DNA from: a virus
Virus record (IMG/VR): IMGVR_UViG_3300046459_000436
Span: 1 to 64,000 of that record
Direction: 5' to 3' (one strand)
Length of the DNA: 64,000 nt
The notes below the pieces were generated by a model. The model worked only from the letters and a program-made list of their open reading frames with translations, was not told the DNA's origin and ran no database searches. Positions 28,073 to 37,756 of the stretch are shown here, piece by piece. Position numbers and translations under genes: made by a program. Numbering within the stretch: position 1 is the first letter of the stretch; each line of letters opens with the position of its first letter.

Positions 28073-28273
28073 CTAGTAGCTGGGCTTGATGCGGGTCGTG
28101 CCGAGGGGCGTGACGTGGCGGTGTTCGCCGTTTCGGTCGGCGTCGCGGATGGCTCGGTCGATTTCCTGCTGGGTCCACATGCACGCGTCGCGCAGGTGGG
28201 CGCGGAGGTTGGCCTCATTGAAGGACTGCCGGGAGTCGGGCGAGCTGATGACGTCGTAGTAGGCGGTGGGCAT
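28073..28273 (-). CDS. Hypothetical protein (66 aa)
   Basis: AAGGAGG RBS. Confidence 0.65.
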   Translation of the reverse strand: MPTAYYDVISSPDSRQSFNEANLRAHLRDACMWTQQEIDRAIRDADRNGEHRHVTPLGTTRIKPSY

Positions 28274-28303
28274 TGCGTCCCCTCCTTGTGCGGTTGGCGG
28301 TGT

Positions 28304-28846
28304 TCAGATGTTGCGCGAGCCAGCGAGGTCGGCGGCCTGGTCCAGGAGGCGAAGGGGCACGGTGGGCCTGCCCCACGCGTCGTTGAATCCGGGCACGCTG
28401 TCCGCGTTGGTGAACTGCCGGCGGATGGCGTCCAGCAGAACGTCCAGCCCCTCGCTCGCCAGCCCGTAGTTGCCGCGGGCTTCCTTGTAGATCGCGGATT
28501 GCAGGCAGTCGGGGCCCGGCACGCTGGTCGTCGGGGTGTGGCCGCACCATCCGTCGCGGGTGAGCCGCTGGAGGGCCCGCTGGAGGAGGGCTGCGACGGG
28601 TGTCGGGTACAGGTCGACGGGCGTCCGGGGGGAGTCGACGGGGCCGCGGATGACGTCGGCTAAGTCGACGGGCTCGGTGGCGATGTGGGCGGTGTTGATG
28701 TCGTTGGCGAGGCTGGCTTCTTCGAGGCGGATGGTCATGGCCGCGTCCACGGCCGCCATCCGCGCTTCCAGGCTCAGTACCGGGGCGGGGGTGGTGCGGG
28801 CCGCGGGCTGAACCTGGGCGGCGAGGGTGACGGTCGTGGCGGGCAT
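28304..28846 (-). CDS. DUF6197-like protein
   Basis: LTRDGWC..CLQSAI..VPGFND motif. Confidence 0.6.
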   Translation of the reverse strand: MPATTVTLAAQVQPAARTTPAPVLSLEARMAAVDAAMTIRLEEASLANDINTAHIATEPVDLADVIRGPVDSPRTPVDLYPTPVAALLQRALQRLTRDGWCGHTPTTSVPGPDCLQSAIYKEARGNYGLASEGLDVLLDAIRRQFTNADSVPGFNDAWGRPTVPLRLLDQAADLAGSRNI

Positions 28847-28849
28847 GGA

Positions 28850-29002
28850 TCAGCCTTCCTGGGACTTCGCGCGCTCGTCGGCTTCGCGGGTGATCCGGTC
28901 GGCTTCGGCGTGGTCGGCGGGGTCGCTGGAAAGGTTGAGTTTCACGGTCTTGACCAGGTCGCGGACGTTGTCCGCGCCCCAGACGGCGGGGTTGAGTTTC
29001 AT
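28850..29002 (-). CDS. Hypothetical protein (50 aa)
   Basis: MKLNPAVWGADN..., AGGAG RBS; not in ORF track. Confidence 0.55.
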   Translation of the reverse strand: MKLNPAVWGADNVRDLVKTVKLNLSSDPADHAEADRITREADERAKSQEG

Positions 29003-29012
29003 GGCGGGTCTC

Positions 29013-29156
29013 CTATCGCTGGAAGGGGTTGTTGGCGCGCTGTCGTTCGCGGCGTTGCTGGACGGGGCAGGTGTCGGGGTGTTCGACGTCGCGCGGGCTG
29101 CAGCACCCGCAGTGGGGCCAGCGCGCGCGCTGGCCTTTGCCGCAGTGGTCGCACAT
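29013..29156 (-). CDS. Small Cys-rich Zn-binding protein (47 aa)
   Basis: MCDHC..CGCC..H..C. Confidence 0.5.
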   Translation of the reverse strand: MCDHCGKGQRARWPHCGCCSPRDVEHPDTCPVQQRRERQRANNPFQR

Positions 29157-29158
29157 GG

Positions 29159-29341
29159 TCAGTTGCCGAGGTGGTCGAGGCCGTGGCGGCGTTCCCACTC
29201 GCGGGTAAGGCCCTGGGCGACATCGCGGTTGCCGTCGAGCCCGGCGCGCTCGTAGACGTCCATGGCGTCGAGGAGTTCGGCGTCGGTGTAGTTGGGGATC
29301 GTCTTGTTCGCCCAGCTCTTGCCGGAGAAGTCGATGGCCAT
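29159..29341 (-). CDS. Hypothetical protein (60 aa)
   Basis: In-operon ORF. Confidence 0.6.
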   Translation of the reverse strand: MAIDFSGKSWANKTIPNYTDAELLDAMDVYERAGLDGNRDVAQGLTREWERRHGLDHLGN

Positions 29342-29346
29342 GGCGG

Positions 29347-29547
29347 TCAGGCCTTCGTGAGTTCTTCGGCGTAGAAGCCGATGTAGCCGCCGACGGCCTC
29401 GCGAACGCGGCCTTCGATTCCCTTGACGGCGATCAGGCCGCCGGACTTTGATCCGTCGTCAACGACCGTGCCGGTCTTGCCGTGGTGGGCGAGGTTGTCC
29501 AAGTTGGGGCGGCTGACGGTGACGCGGTCACCGGGCTGGAACTGCAT
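29347..29547 (-). CDS. Small KOW/SH3-like protein (66 aa)
   Basis: FQPGDRVTV..GKTGTVV..EEL. Confidence 0.6.
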   Translation of the reverse strand: MQFQPGDRVTVSRPNLDNLAHHGKTGTVVDDGSKSGGLIAVKGIEGRVREAVGGYIGFYAEELTKA

Positions 29548-29557
29548 GCGGGTCTCC

Positions 29558-29755
29558 TTAGCCCTGCGGAAGGAATGAGCAGGTGTTGGCGTGGTCCTGG
29601 GCCTGCTGCGTGATCTGGAAGTCGTAACCGCCACCGATGTTCGTGTCGCTGCAGCCGGTGCACCGCCAGCCGAGATAGGCGGCACCGTCCTCCTTGACGA
29701 CGTTGACGTGGGCTCCGGATTTGTTCGGGACCGTGGAGAGGATCTTTGGTTCCAT
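29558..29755 (-). CDS. Small Zn-binding protein (65 aa)
   Basis: WRCTGC..AQDHANTC; AAGGAG RBS. Confidence 0.6.
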   Translation of the reverse strand: MEPKILSTVPNKSGAHVNVVKEDGAAYLGWRCTGCSDTNIGGGYDFQITQQAQDHANTCSFLPQG

Positions 29756-29844
29756 GGTGTTTCTCCTTGGGTTACTGGGGCCGGACTGTCCGGCCGCCGA
29801 ACCCCACACCGGTCGGGGCGTGTGGAGCACGGCGGGTGGGCAGG

Positions 29845-30144
29845 TCAGTACCAGGACCAGGGCTGACCGTTGCTGGCGTGGCGTTCGGCGACGACGGCGA
29901 GTTCGCGGGCGCTGACGGCCCAGAACGCGGGCATTCGGGGACTTGCTGCCGCCGTTCGGAAGATCTGCGCCATACGGGCCGCATCACGGACTGCAATGTC
30001 GAACGGGCCGTCGCCACGGTTGGCGTTGTGGAACAGCGGCTGAATGGTCCGCCAGTCTGCGGCGGGCACGATGTGGGCGATGTGCTGGCCGAGTTCGACC
30101 ATTGCGGTTGCGGACCGGTAGGCGCCGCCGTTACTCCATCCCAT
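29845..30144 (-). CDS. Hypothetical protein (99 aa) of Streptomyces mobile elements
   Basis: GGAG RBS; MGWS...GQPWSW. Confidence 0.65.
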   Translation of the reverse strand: MGWSNGGAYRSATAMVELGQHIAHIVPAADWRTIQPLFHNANRGDGPFDIAVRDAARMAQIFRTAAASPRMPAFWAVSARELAVVAERHASNGQPWSWY

Positions 30145-30156
30145 GACGAACTCCTC

Positions 30157-30558
30157 TCAGGCGGCGCGTCGGCCGCGCTTGGGCTGGGTGGAGTAGTCGT
30201 TGAGGTTGCCGCCGCGAATGTTGGGCCCGTCGTCCTCGTTGAGCCATTCGCGGTACTGGCTCAGGGTCATGAGGCCCTTGCAGGGGGCGGCGTTGCGGTT
30301 GTCGTAGACGGGGCCGGCGCACGCCCACAGGTCGGGGGCGCCTTCGGGCAGGCCGGTGAAGGTCGAGATCTTCGTGAAGACGTGCTCGTCGAGGTACTGC
30401 CGAGCGCCCGGCCCGTTGTCCGACTTGATCGTGTAGTAGGTCTTGCCGAGCACGACCTTCTTCGCGAAGCGCTTGGCTTCGTTGCTGGCGCCGGACTTGT
30501 GGATGGCGTCGGTGAGCTTGCAGTCGAGGTAGTTGGTGGCGCGGTACCAGGTGCCCAT
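30157..30558 (-). CDS. Hypothetical protein (133 aa)
   Basis: AAGGAG RBS; first gene after the clt-like locus. Confidence 0.7.
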   Translation of the reverse strand: MGTWYRATNYLDCKLTDAIHKSGASNEAKRFAKKVVLGKTYYTIKSDNGPGARQYLDEHVFTKISTFTGLPEGAPDLWACAGPVYDNRNAAPCKGLMTLSQYREWLNEDDGPNIRGGNLNDYSTQPKRGRRAA

Positions 30559-30657
30559 GACGGGCTCCTTTCGGGTTGGTCCGGGGTGATCCCCGGTTTT
30601 TGGGTGTGCTGAGGGAAGCCCCCGGCGGGGGCTGGTGGTTTGTGATGGTTTGTGGGG

Positions 30658-30823
30658 CGTACACCCCCCGTACAGTGACCGCTATATGCCGGTATGCGGG
30701 GCGTACAGTCGGGGCGGTCAGCCGTACAGGTGGACGGCTCCAGGTGGCCGGTGAGCGGGGGGTGTACGGGTCACATACCGGCATCTACCTGGGCAAACAG
30801 CCGCCCTGTACGGGGGGTGTACG
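30658..30823. repeat. clt-like repeat locus downstream of traB
   Basis: Seven CGTACA motifs (4 forward, 3 reverse); nested inverted repeats of 18 bp (30658-30675/30806-30823) and 11 bp (30686-30696/30774-30784). Confidence 0.7.
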
Positions 30824-30828
30824 GCCTA

Positions 30829-33057
30829 TCAGGCAGCCTCCGGGGAGGCGAACTGGTCCCGCTTGAAGCCCTTCAGGCGCTTCCCGGCACCGAAGGTCAC
30901 GATGTTCGTTGTTGTGATCCCATCCCGGCGCAGACGCTCCCGCAGAGCATCCACATCAACGCCCAGCTCCTCGGCCAGCAACTCAGCCGTCAGCCCCTGC
31001 GTCTCCGGAACCCCCAGCCGATCGAACACCGCCACCGCATCCCGGCGCATCTCCGCCGCACGCGCCACCGCCTCATCGACACGACTACGCGACGCCGCCT
31101 GACCCGTCAGCGTCCCGGCCTTCACCCGCAGGTCGTAGCCGCGCTCCACGATCTCCCGGAACTCCGGCAGCTCGATCACATCGGACTTCTGCGTGATGTG
31201 ACCCGACTCCGCACCCTGGTCCAAGACCACGACACCCTTGTGGTGCTCCAGCAGCTTGTGCGGCGCCGCGCCGGCCTGCACGGCGTCGTCGCCGAGAACC
31301 ATCCGCGCGGAGGCGTCGCCCTTGACCCGAAAGCAGGCGCGCTTCACGCACACCCCGCGCAGCTTGGTCGGGACGCTGTCGGAGTCGGGGCGCTGGGTGA
31401 TGAACACGCCCATGCCGCCGACGAACCGGGCCACGCGCACGTACCGGGCGAGGGTCTCGACCAGCACGTCCTTGCCGTTGCGGTGCTTCGCGCCCTTGCC
31501 GTCCTCGTCCTCCTCGACGACCTTGACGCGGGTGTTCGCGGCGGCGTCCAGGAGTTCCTGGAGCTCGTCGACGATGAGGAGGGTGAGCCTCTTGTCGGGC
31601 TGCCGGGCAAGCGCCGGGGTGAGCTTGCCTTCGGGGCACTGCTGGGGGTCGGTCTCGGACAGGCTCTCCAGCTGCTCGCCGAGGTTCTGCATGCTGCCGA
31701 TCAGGTCGTCCAGCACCTCGTGGACTTCGACGAGGGTGTCCGGCTTGGAGCCGGAAATGTAGGCGTGGGCGATCTTCTTGAGGGCTGCCCAGTCCGGCCC
31801 GGACTTGCCGGTGATGACGATGATCCGCACGTAGGGGTCGAGGGCAGCTGCAGCAGCGATCAGCCGTGCCAGGTACGACTTGCCGTAGTCCTGCAGTCCG
31901 CCGATCAGCAGCGACGACCACAGCAGGTGCAGTGCCTGCCGGTCATGCCGGGCGTCCTGGCCGAGCGGTACGCCGTGCTGCCAGAAGTTCCACTCGGGGG
32001 CGTTGATCAGGGGGGACGGGGTCTTTCCGGCGCCGAACGGGTTGTCGGCGTCGGCGACCCAGATGGTGAATCGGCTCTCGTGCCCCTCGGCGCTGGTGTC
32101 CTTCTTCAGTTCGATGCGGGACGCCTTGACGCGCAGTGCGCCGGCGAGCGGTACGAGGCGGGCGATGGCCTGCTCTGCGGTGCGTCCGCCGGGCAGTTCG
32201 ATGGTGGCGGTCCAGCCGGGGCCGTCGGTGCGCAGGCCGAGGACGCTGGTCTCTTCGCGGTCGGCCTCCTCGATGATCTTCGCTTTGACGAGGGCGGTGA
32301 CCAGGTCGTTCGCACCCCGCACCTGCACGTCCTCGGACTTCGTGAGCACGACCGGACCCGCAGCACTCGCGGAGGCCGCGGCGGCGATGGTGGCGGGCGA
32401 CTCAGCGGCCAGCGTCACCGGAGACGACTCCTTGTCGTCGGCTTCGCGGTTCCGCCCCGCCCACCAGGCCGCACCGAACCCTCCGAGGAGGACGGCGAGG
32501 AGGCCGAGGATGGGGTGCTGCATCTTCCCCAGCAGCATCCAGCCGGCCACCACGCCCGCGGCGACCATGGCGCACCGACTGGCCTGCTGGGTGCGCTTGT
32601 GGCGCTTGATGTCCTTCTCGGTGACGTCGTCGTCGGCGTGCGGGAGGACGGGGCCGACGGTGACGCGCGTGGCGAACGCCTGGTTGAAGCGGTCCGCCTG
32701 CCCGGGGTGCCCCTGGTTGGCGGCGGTGGCGGCCTGCTTCTGCAGGTCCCGGACTTCGCTGTGGTGCTGGCGGATGGCCTTGCGGTTCTCGGCAGCCCGC
32801 TTGTGGATGACGTCCTTGGCGAGGTTCTCCTCGTCGACACCTTCAAGGAGCACCCAGGCGCGGCCCTGCTGGTAGAGGGTCTGGCAGCCGCGCTTGGTCT
32901 GCGCCCACACGGTCAGCTTGACGACCGGCGGCGGGGCATCGGCGGGCACCGGCTTGAGGAGTACGTGGGCGGGCGGGTTGGTGGGCATGGGCGGGACGTG
33001 ATTCTGGACCGGGATCTGGGGGCCCGCCGTCTCGGGCGGGGTGGCGTGCGTGGTCAT
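30829..33057 (-). CDS. traB: TraB-like FtsK/SpoIIIE conjugative DNA translocase
   Basis: Two N-terminal TM helices, Walker A GGLQDYGKS, Walker B LLIVDELQE, ITQRP, C-terminal wHTH. Confidence 0.88.
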   Translation of the reverse strand: MTTHATPPETAGPQIPVQNHVPPMPTNPPAHVLLKPVPADAPPPVVKLTVWAQTKRGCQTLYQQGRAWVLLEGVDEENLAKDVIHKRAAENRKAIRQHHSEVRDLQKQAATAANQGHPGQADRFNQAFATRVTVGPVLPHADDDVTEKDIKRHKRTQQASRCAMVAAGVVAGWMLLGKMQHPILGLLAVLLGGFGAAWWAGRNREADDKESSPVTLAAESPATIAAAASASAAGPVVLTKSEDVQVRGANDLVTALVKAKIIEEADREETSVLGLRTDGPGWTATIELPGGRTAEQAIARLVPLAGALRVKASRIELKKDTSAEGHESRFTIWVADADNPFGAGKTPSPLINAPEWNFWQHGVPLGQDARHDRQALHLLWSSLLIGGLQDYGKSYLARLIAAAAALDPYVRIIVITGKSGPDWAALKKIAHAYISGSKPDTLVEVHEVLDDLIGSMQNLGEQLESLSETDPQQCPEGKLTPALARQPDKRLTLLIVDELQELLDAAANTRVKVVEEDEDGKGAKHRNGKDVLVETLARYVRVARFVGGMGVFITQRPDSDSVPTKLRGVCVKRACFRVKGDASARMVLGDDAVQAGAAPHKLLEHHKGVVVLDQGAESGHITQKSDVIELPEFREIVERGYDLRVKAGTLTGQAASRSRVDEAVARAAEMRRDAVAVFDRLGVPETQGLTAELLAEELGVDVDALRERLRRDGITTTNIVTFGAGKRLKGFKRDQFASPEAA

Positions 33058-33080
33058 GGCGGCGGGGCTCCAGGCTTGGG

Positions 33081-33620
33081 TTAGAAGTTGGTGAGGGTGT
33101 TGGCGGCAGCGGTGACGGCGGAGTTGGTGAGCTGCTTGATCAGCGGGCCGACGAACGTCCCGTCCAGGAGCACCCCGAGCGCGACGAGCGTGATCGCCCA
33201 GCTGGCGGCGACCTTCCGGCCCTTGATGCCGATGAACACGATCACGCCGATCAGCATCAGGCCGACGATGCCAACGCCGATCGTGCCGCCGCTGACGTTC
33301 GCCGGCGTGACGTTGTTGACGGCCGGGGTGACGTTCGTGTCGACCACGGGGGCGACGGACGGCTGGACGGCGGCCACGGTGACGACCGCAGCCGAGTGGT
33401 CGGCGGTGGCCGTGTAGTGGGTGGTGGGCAGGCCCCGGACGGTCATGGCGCGGGTGCCGTCGGCGAGGCGGACGCTGGTGTCGGTGGCGGCCTGGACGGA
33501 GGTCACGGTCGCGGTGTGCTGGGTGGCTGCGGCGACCGCCGGGGTGGCGATCCCGAGCGCCGCCAGAGCAGCACCCGACAGGGCCACGGAGCGGACGATA
33601 CGGATGGACTGGCGGGACAT
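33081..33620 (-). CDS. Spd-like secreted/membrane protein
   Basis: Signal peptide plus two C-terminal TM helices, directly upstream of traB. Confidence 0.65.
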   Translation of the reverse strand: MSRQSIRIVRSVALSGAALAALGIATPAVAAATQHTATVTSVQAATDTSVRLADGTRAMTVRGLPTTHYTATADHSAAVVTVAAVQPSVAPVVDTNVTPAVNNVTPANVSGGTIGVGIVGLMLIGVIVFIGIKGRKVAASWAITLVALGVLLDGTFVGPLIKQLTNSAVTAAANTLTNF

Positions 33621-33640
33621 GATGGGGACTCCTTCGAGGG

Positions 33641-35062
33641 TCAGTTCTGGTCGGTGTTTGAGGTGTTCTCGGTGGCGAGCCGACGACGTACATCGACGGC
33701 CTGCGCGCGCTTTGCGATGGGGTGGAACGGGGCGCTGTCGCCGCGTGTCCGGCGGGGCGGAATCGGCTTCGGTCGGGGACTGGTTCGGGGCTTCGCGGGA
33801 GAGGGGGATAGATGGGAGCTACGCTGCGCGTTCGTGACCTTGCTGGGTGTGTTCCCGGGGGCTTCTGAGAGGGCCGCTGCGACGCGTCGTGCGGCGACGT
33901 TGCGGGTGCGGATGACGTCGACGCTGTCGCCCGGGTCGGTGCCCTCGATGTCTCTGTAGGCGCGGATCCAAACGGCTTCGGTCACGGTCGTCTCGCCGAG
34001 CGCGGCAGCCAGCTTCAGTGCGTGCTCCCACACCTCCTGGAACTCCTTAGCGCGGTCAGTGGCGAGCTTGTTCGCGGCTTCCTCGGCAGCCTTGAGATCC
34101 GCCGCCTTCGCGTCGTCGGCAGCCTTCTTCTCTGCGGCCTTCCCGGCCGCCGCGCGGGCCTCGGCCTTCTCCTTCGCCTTGCGCTCCCGACGGGTGAGCG
34201 CGCCGTCACGCTTACGGATCCGGCCGTGCTCGTGGAGATCCCAGACGCCCGGGCCGGCGACGGACGCGAACGCGGTACCGATGGCGGTCGCCGGGTCGAA
34301 GGCGTTCAGGCCGTGCCACAGGTTGACCCCGGCGGCGATGAACGCCAGCAGCCACGCGATGAGCCGGTAGTGCCAGTGCGGACGGTGCCCGGCGACCGCG
34401 GCGGCAGCACCCTTGAGGACGACCGCCGCACCACCTTCGAGCATGAGCGGGGCGATCACGAGCCACGGGGCGACGGGGGTCCAGAACGCGGCGATCTGCA
34501 CAGGCAGGGCGACGACGGCGCACACGATGTAGAAGCCGAGGGCGTACCGGCGCCACCGGGCGTCGGCGACGGCGATCTCCTTCGCCGCCTTGTCGGCGGC
34601 TTCCTGCTGAATCCGCTGCTCCTCAGCGGCGGACTGCGCTTCGTCGTCGGCCTCCTTGCGGGAGGCGGCGGCCTGCCGGTCGATCTCCTCCTGCTCGGCC
34701 TGGAGTTCGGCGAGCTTCCGGGCGTGCGCGGCCTGCTTCTCCTCCATGGCCATGCGGTTGCGCTCGTTGGCGAGCCGCAGACGCTCCGCCTCAGCCTCGG
34801 CCTTGGCGCGGATCGCGTCGGCCTCGGCGAGGGCCTTCACGCGGGCGGCCTCGACGGCGGCGGCGGTCTGGGCCCGGATCGCCTCGGCCTCAGCCTCGGC
34901 GCGCGGGTCGACGATGGGGACGGGAGTGGCGGCAGGCTCAAGCTCGGGGGCGGTCTGCTCGTCCTGGATGACGCCGTTGATGATCGGGAACGACTGCCAG
35001 CCCTCATACACGGGCACGGCAAGCCGCTTGGTGCCGTTCACCTGGGCCGGGTTGGCGCTCAC
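33641..35062 (-). CDS. SpdB2/DUF2637-like coiled-coil multi-TM spread protein
   Basis: Long Ala/Glu coiled coil, four TM segments, GVNLWHG and WDLHEH motifs. Confidence 0.7.
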   Translation of the reverse strand: MSANPAQVNGTKRLAVPVYEGWQSFPIINGVIQDEQTAPELEPAATPVPIVDPRAEAEAEAIRAQTAAAVEAARVKALAEADAIRAKAEAEAERLRLANERNRMAMEEKQAAHARKLAELQAEQEEIDRQAAASRKEADDEAQSAAEEQRIQQEAADKAAKEIAVADARWRRYALGFYIVCAVVALPVQIAAFWTPVAPWLVIAPLMLEGGAAVVLKGAAAAVAGHRPHWHYRLIAWLLAFIAAGVNLWHGLNAFDPATAIGTAFASVAGPGVWDLHEHGRIRKRDGALTRRERKAKEKAEARAAAGKAAEKKAADDAKAADLKAAEEAANKLATDRAKEFQEVWEHALKLAAALGETTVTEAVWIRAYRDIEGTDPGDSVDVIRTRNVAARRVAAALSEAPGNTPSKVTNAQRSSHLSPSPAKPRTSPRPKPIPPRRTRGDSAPFHPIAKRAQAVDVRRRLATENTSNTDQN

Positions 35063-35097
35063 GGGAGATCTCCTTGTCTGGTCGGGCGGTTCGGGGT

Positions 35098-35373
35098 TCA
35101 GGCGGTCGCGGTCTTGGACTGGCGCTGCTGCACCACGTACTGGCGGCCCAGCAGGGCGACCGTCAGCAGGGCCTTCGGGTTGAAGCGGGCGATGACCACG
35201 ATCAGCAGCGCGGGTACCGTGATCCACGGCTGGTGGAGCATCCACACGGGCACGGCCAGCAGGGACGGCGCGGATCCGAGGACGGCGACCAGCAGCACCC
35301 ACAGGGCGACGGTCGACGCGCTGAGCCTGCGCGGCGGCGGGGTGGGGGCGGTCGGGGCGGCTGGAGTAGACAC
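35098..35373 (-). CDS. Small membrane protein (Spd-like)
   Basis: 91 aa with 2-3 TM segments. Confidence 0.6.
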   Translation of the reverse strand: MSTPAAPTAPTPPPRRLSASTVALWVLLVAVLGSAPSLLAVPVWMLHQPWITVPALLIVVIARFNPKALLTVALLGRQYVVQQRQSKTATA

Positions 35374-35451
35374 GGGGGTTCCTTCCGGTGGTCGGGTCGG
35401 GGTTACTGCGGTCGGATCTCCTGGCGGCCCGTGCGGGACGGGCATCCAGGG

Positions 35452-35817
35452 CTACCGGCCGGCAGGGACGGTCAGGCCAAGGAGGTGGTACGGGAACGGG
35501 TCGGATTCGGTCCGGGCGCTGGCCCACTTGATCCAGTACCAGTGGAACGGGAACGACTCGACGCCCATCTCCATGAGGGCGATCGCCCGGTGGTGCCCGT
35601 CGCCGACGTACACATCGAAGTACCGGTCGTCGACGCCCAGCAGGATCGGCACCTGAAGCCCGCGCACCGCGATCGACGCCTTCAGCTCATCGACCTTCAC
35701 GCGGTCCTTCCCGGGCCGGCCGAACTGGCGTCGGGCGTGATCCCACTTCCGGAACTCCGTCGGGTGGATCTGCTGGTCGTTGAGGAACGCGGTGGGCATC
35801 TGGCCGAAGTACTTCAT
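35452..35817 (-). CDS. Stand-alone ParB/Srx N-terminal domain protein
   Basis: ELKASIAVRGLQVPI..VGDGHHR. Confidence 0.75.
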   Translation of the reverse strand: MKYFGQMPTAFLNDQQIHPTEFRKWDHARRQFGRPGKDRVKVDELKASIAVRGLQVPILLGVDDRYFDVYVGDGHHRAIALMEMGVESFPFHWYWIKWASARTESDPFPYHLLGLTVPAGR

Positions 35818-35957
35818 CGAGACGGACTCCTCTCAGGTCGGTGGTGCGGTCGGGTGGTGTACCGCCACCCCGGGCCGCGGGGGAACACCCCGGGGTGACG
35901 GCGGTTCTTGCCGGGCTTGACGGGTCGTCGGAGCGGTCCCCGCGAAACCCGGCGGTC

Positions 35958-36260
35958 TCAGGCGAGCCGAAGCTCTTCGTTGGCCTCGTACAGCAGCCGG
36001 TCGACCTGCTTGAGCAGCCGCTCCCGGGTCGTGGCGGCGTCGTCGCCGAGGTGCTGCACGGTTCGGAGCAGGTCGGCGGCCTCGGTCAGCCACTCGCGGG
36101 TCTGGCCGAGCGAGCCGAGCCGGTTGGCCGCGGTGTCGAGGAAGCCGATGAACCCGGCCTCGGTGCAGTCGTCGGCGTCGAGGGTGATACCGACGGCGTC
36201 GGCGATTGTTACGGCGTAGTCGGTGATCAGGGTGTCGATGGTGATGGGCGTGGTCTTCAC
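35958..36260 (-). CDS. Hypothetical protein (100 aa)
   Basis: GTGA-coupled. Confidence 0.6.
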   Translation of the reverse strand: MKTTPITIDTLITDYAVTIADAVGITLDADDCTEAGFIGFLDTAANRLGSLGQTREWLTEAADLLRTVQHLGDDAATTRERLLKQVDRLLYEANEELRLA

Positions 36261-37533
36261 TTCGGCTCCTCGATGACTGGCGGCGGCGGAACGGGCGTCT
36301 CCTGGTTGGCGCCGTAGTCATCAAGCGGGGTGCTCACGACCGGCCTCCCTGCTGGCGTCGGGCGGCCTCGGCTGCCTTCGCGGCGGCCATGGCGTTGGCG
36401 ATCCGCTGCTGGGCGAGCGCGTCGGCGGCCTGCTGCTCCGGGTTCTCGGCCACCGTCACTCACCCCCGCCCACGAGAGCGGCGGCGGCGGTGGGCAGGTC
36501 CCGGTTGGCGGCGCTCAGGAATGCGAGCGTCATGGCCGGTGTCAGCCGGTACGTGGTCTGCCAGAACGCGCCACGCTCGTCCCGGCTCGTCAGGGTGAGC
36601 AGGCCGCCACCATCGGGGGTCTCCTCGACCTTGAACATCGTCAGGTCGTCGATCAGCGGGGCCGGGGCCGCGGCAGTGGTGGGCTGGATCGCGTACACCG
36701 TCACCACCCCCGCACGGCGGCGGCCAGTCGACGCAGCGCCCTGGCGAACGCGAACCTCGGCGGCAGGTCCGGGATGATCGGGGGGAGGCCGCTCATCGCG
36801 CACCCGCCTCGGTCTCGGCGAGCCGGTCCGCAGACTCCCGGAGCCTGGCCGCCCGCTCAAGCAGCACGAGCAGCTGCTCCCGAAGCGCAGGCCGCTCGCC
36901 AGCCGGAACCGTGAAGTAGTTCAGCCCGTTCTGCAGCTTCCGGGCCTCGTCCTGGACGATGCGCAACTCGGCGTAGAGGTCACTCGATGTCAACTGCTCG
37001 CTCATCGGACACCCCCGGGCTGCTCGCCGTGCTTGGCGGCGTTCCCCGACGCGTCCTGGTAGGCGGCCTGGTAGTGGCCGACGCTCCCGGCCGACGGGTG
37101 ACCCGGCGTGGCCTGGATCTCCACGATCCGCGCGGCCAGACCGTTGGCACGGCTCTGCTCCTCGGCGGCGAAGGCCGGAGACGGAAGGTGGCTCACAGGT
37201 CCTCACCACCGGCGGCGAGCTCGTAGGCGACCTGCTCGGGGATCCGGGCAGCCCACGCGGAGTCCTGGAGGTCAAGCTCCTGGTACGCGGCCTCGATCTG
37301 CTCGGCCGGCGACAGGGTGGCGCCCGGGGCGCGCTTCGGCAGGCGGACGTGCGAGGCGGCGGCGTGCGCGGCGGCATCGGCCTGAGACATCGGGGCGGCG
37401 TAGGCGGTGGTCACTGCGACCACCGGTCCGTCGCGACGAGAAGCCGCTGGAGCGCCGCGAGACCCGAGGCGGAAAGGCCCGAGGCGACGACGATGGGGGA
37501 CGGTACGGGGGCGGTGCGGGGGGTCGTGCTCAT
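36257..37533 (-). other. Chain of eight translationally coupled mini-genes (26-82 aa)
   Basis: ORFs 36257-36337, 36334-36459, 36456-36704, 36701-36796, 36793-37005, 37002-37196, 37193-37414, 37411-37533, each overlapping the next by ATGA/GTGA. Confidence 0.6.
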
Positions 37534-37736
37534 GACGCGAGCTCCTCGGGGGTCGGGTCGACGCCCGTCAGGGCGGCTTCGGGGACACGGATCGCTCCGC
37601 CGCCGCGCTGGGCGGGGGCGCCTACGGCCTGCGGCTTTCCGTACCGGATCGCCTCTAGGCGACCCTCCTGGATCCACCGGTAGACGGTGGCGGGGTGCAC
37701 GTTGAGGCGCTTGGCGACCTCCTTTACGCGCAGCAT
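37530..37736 (-). CDS. Excisionase-like HTH protein
   Basis: MLRVKEVAKRLNVHPATVYRWIQEGRLEAIRYG. Confidence 0.85.
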   Translation of the reverse strand: MLRVKEVAKRLNVHPATVYRWIQEGRLEAIRYGKPQAVGAPAQRGGGAIRVPEAALTGVDPTPEELAS

Positions 37737-37756
37737 GCGGGCTCCAATCGTTGGTT

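Noticed and set aside
30694-33084. 796-aa plus-strand ORF and similar long antisense ORFs (14429-16117, 18573-20489, 51346-53394, 5456-6958)
   Set aside because: Shadow frames of real minus-strand genes in high-GC DNA; no motifs
33058-33693. N-terminal extension of the 954-aa FtsK ORF
   Set aside because: Overlaps the 33081-33620 gene out of frame; better start at 33057 with GGAG
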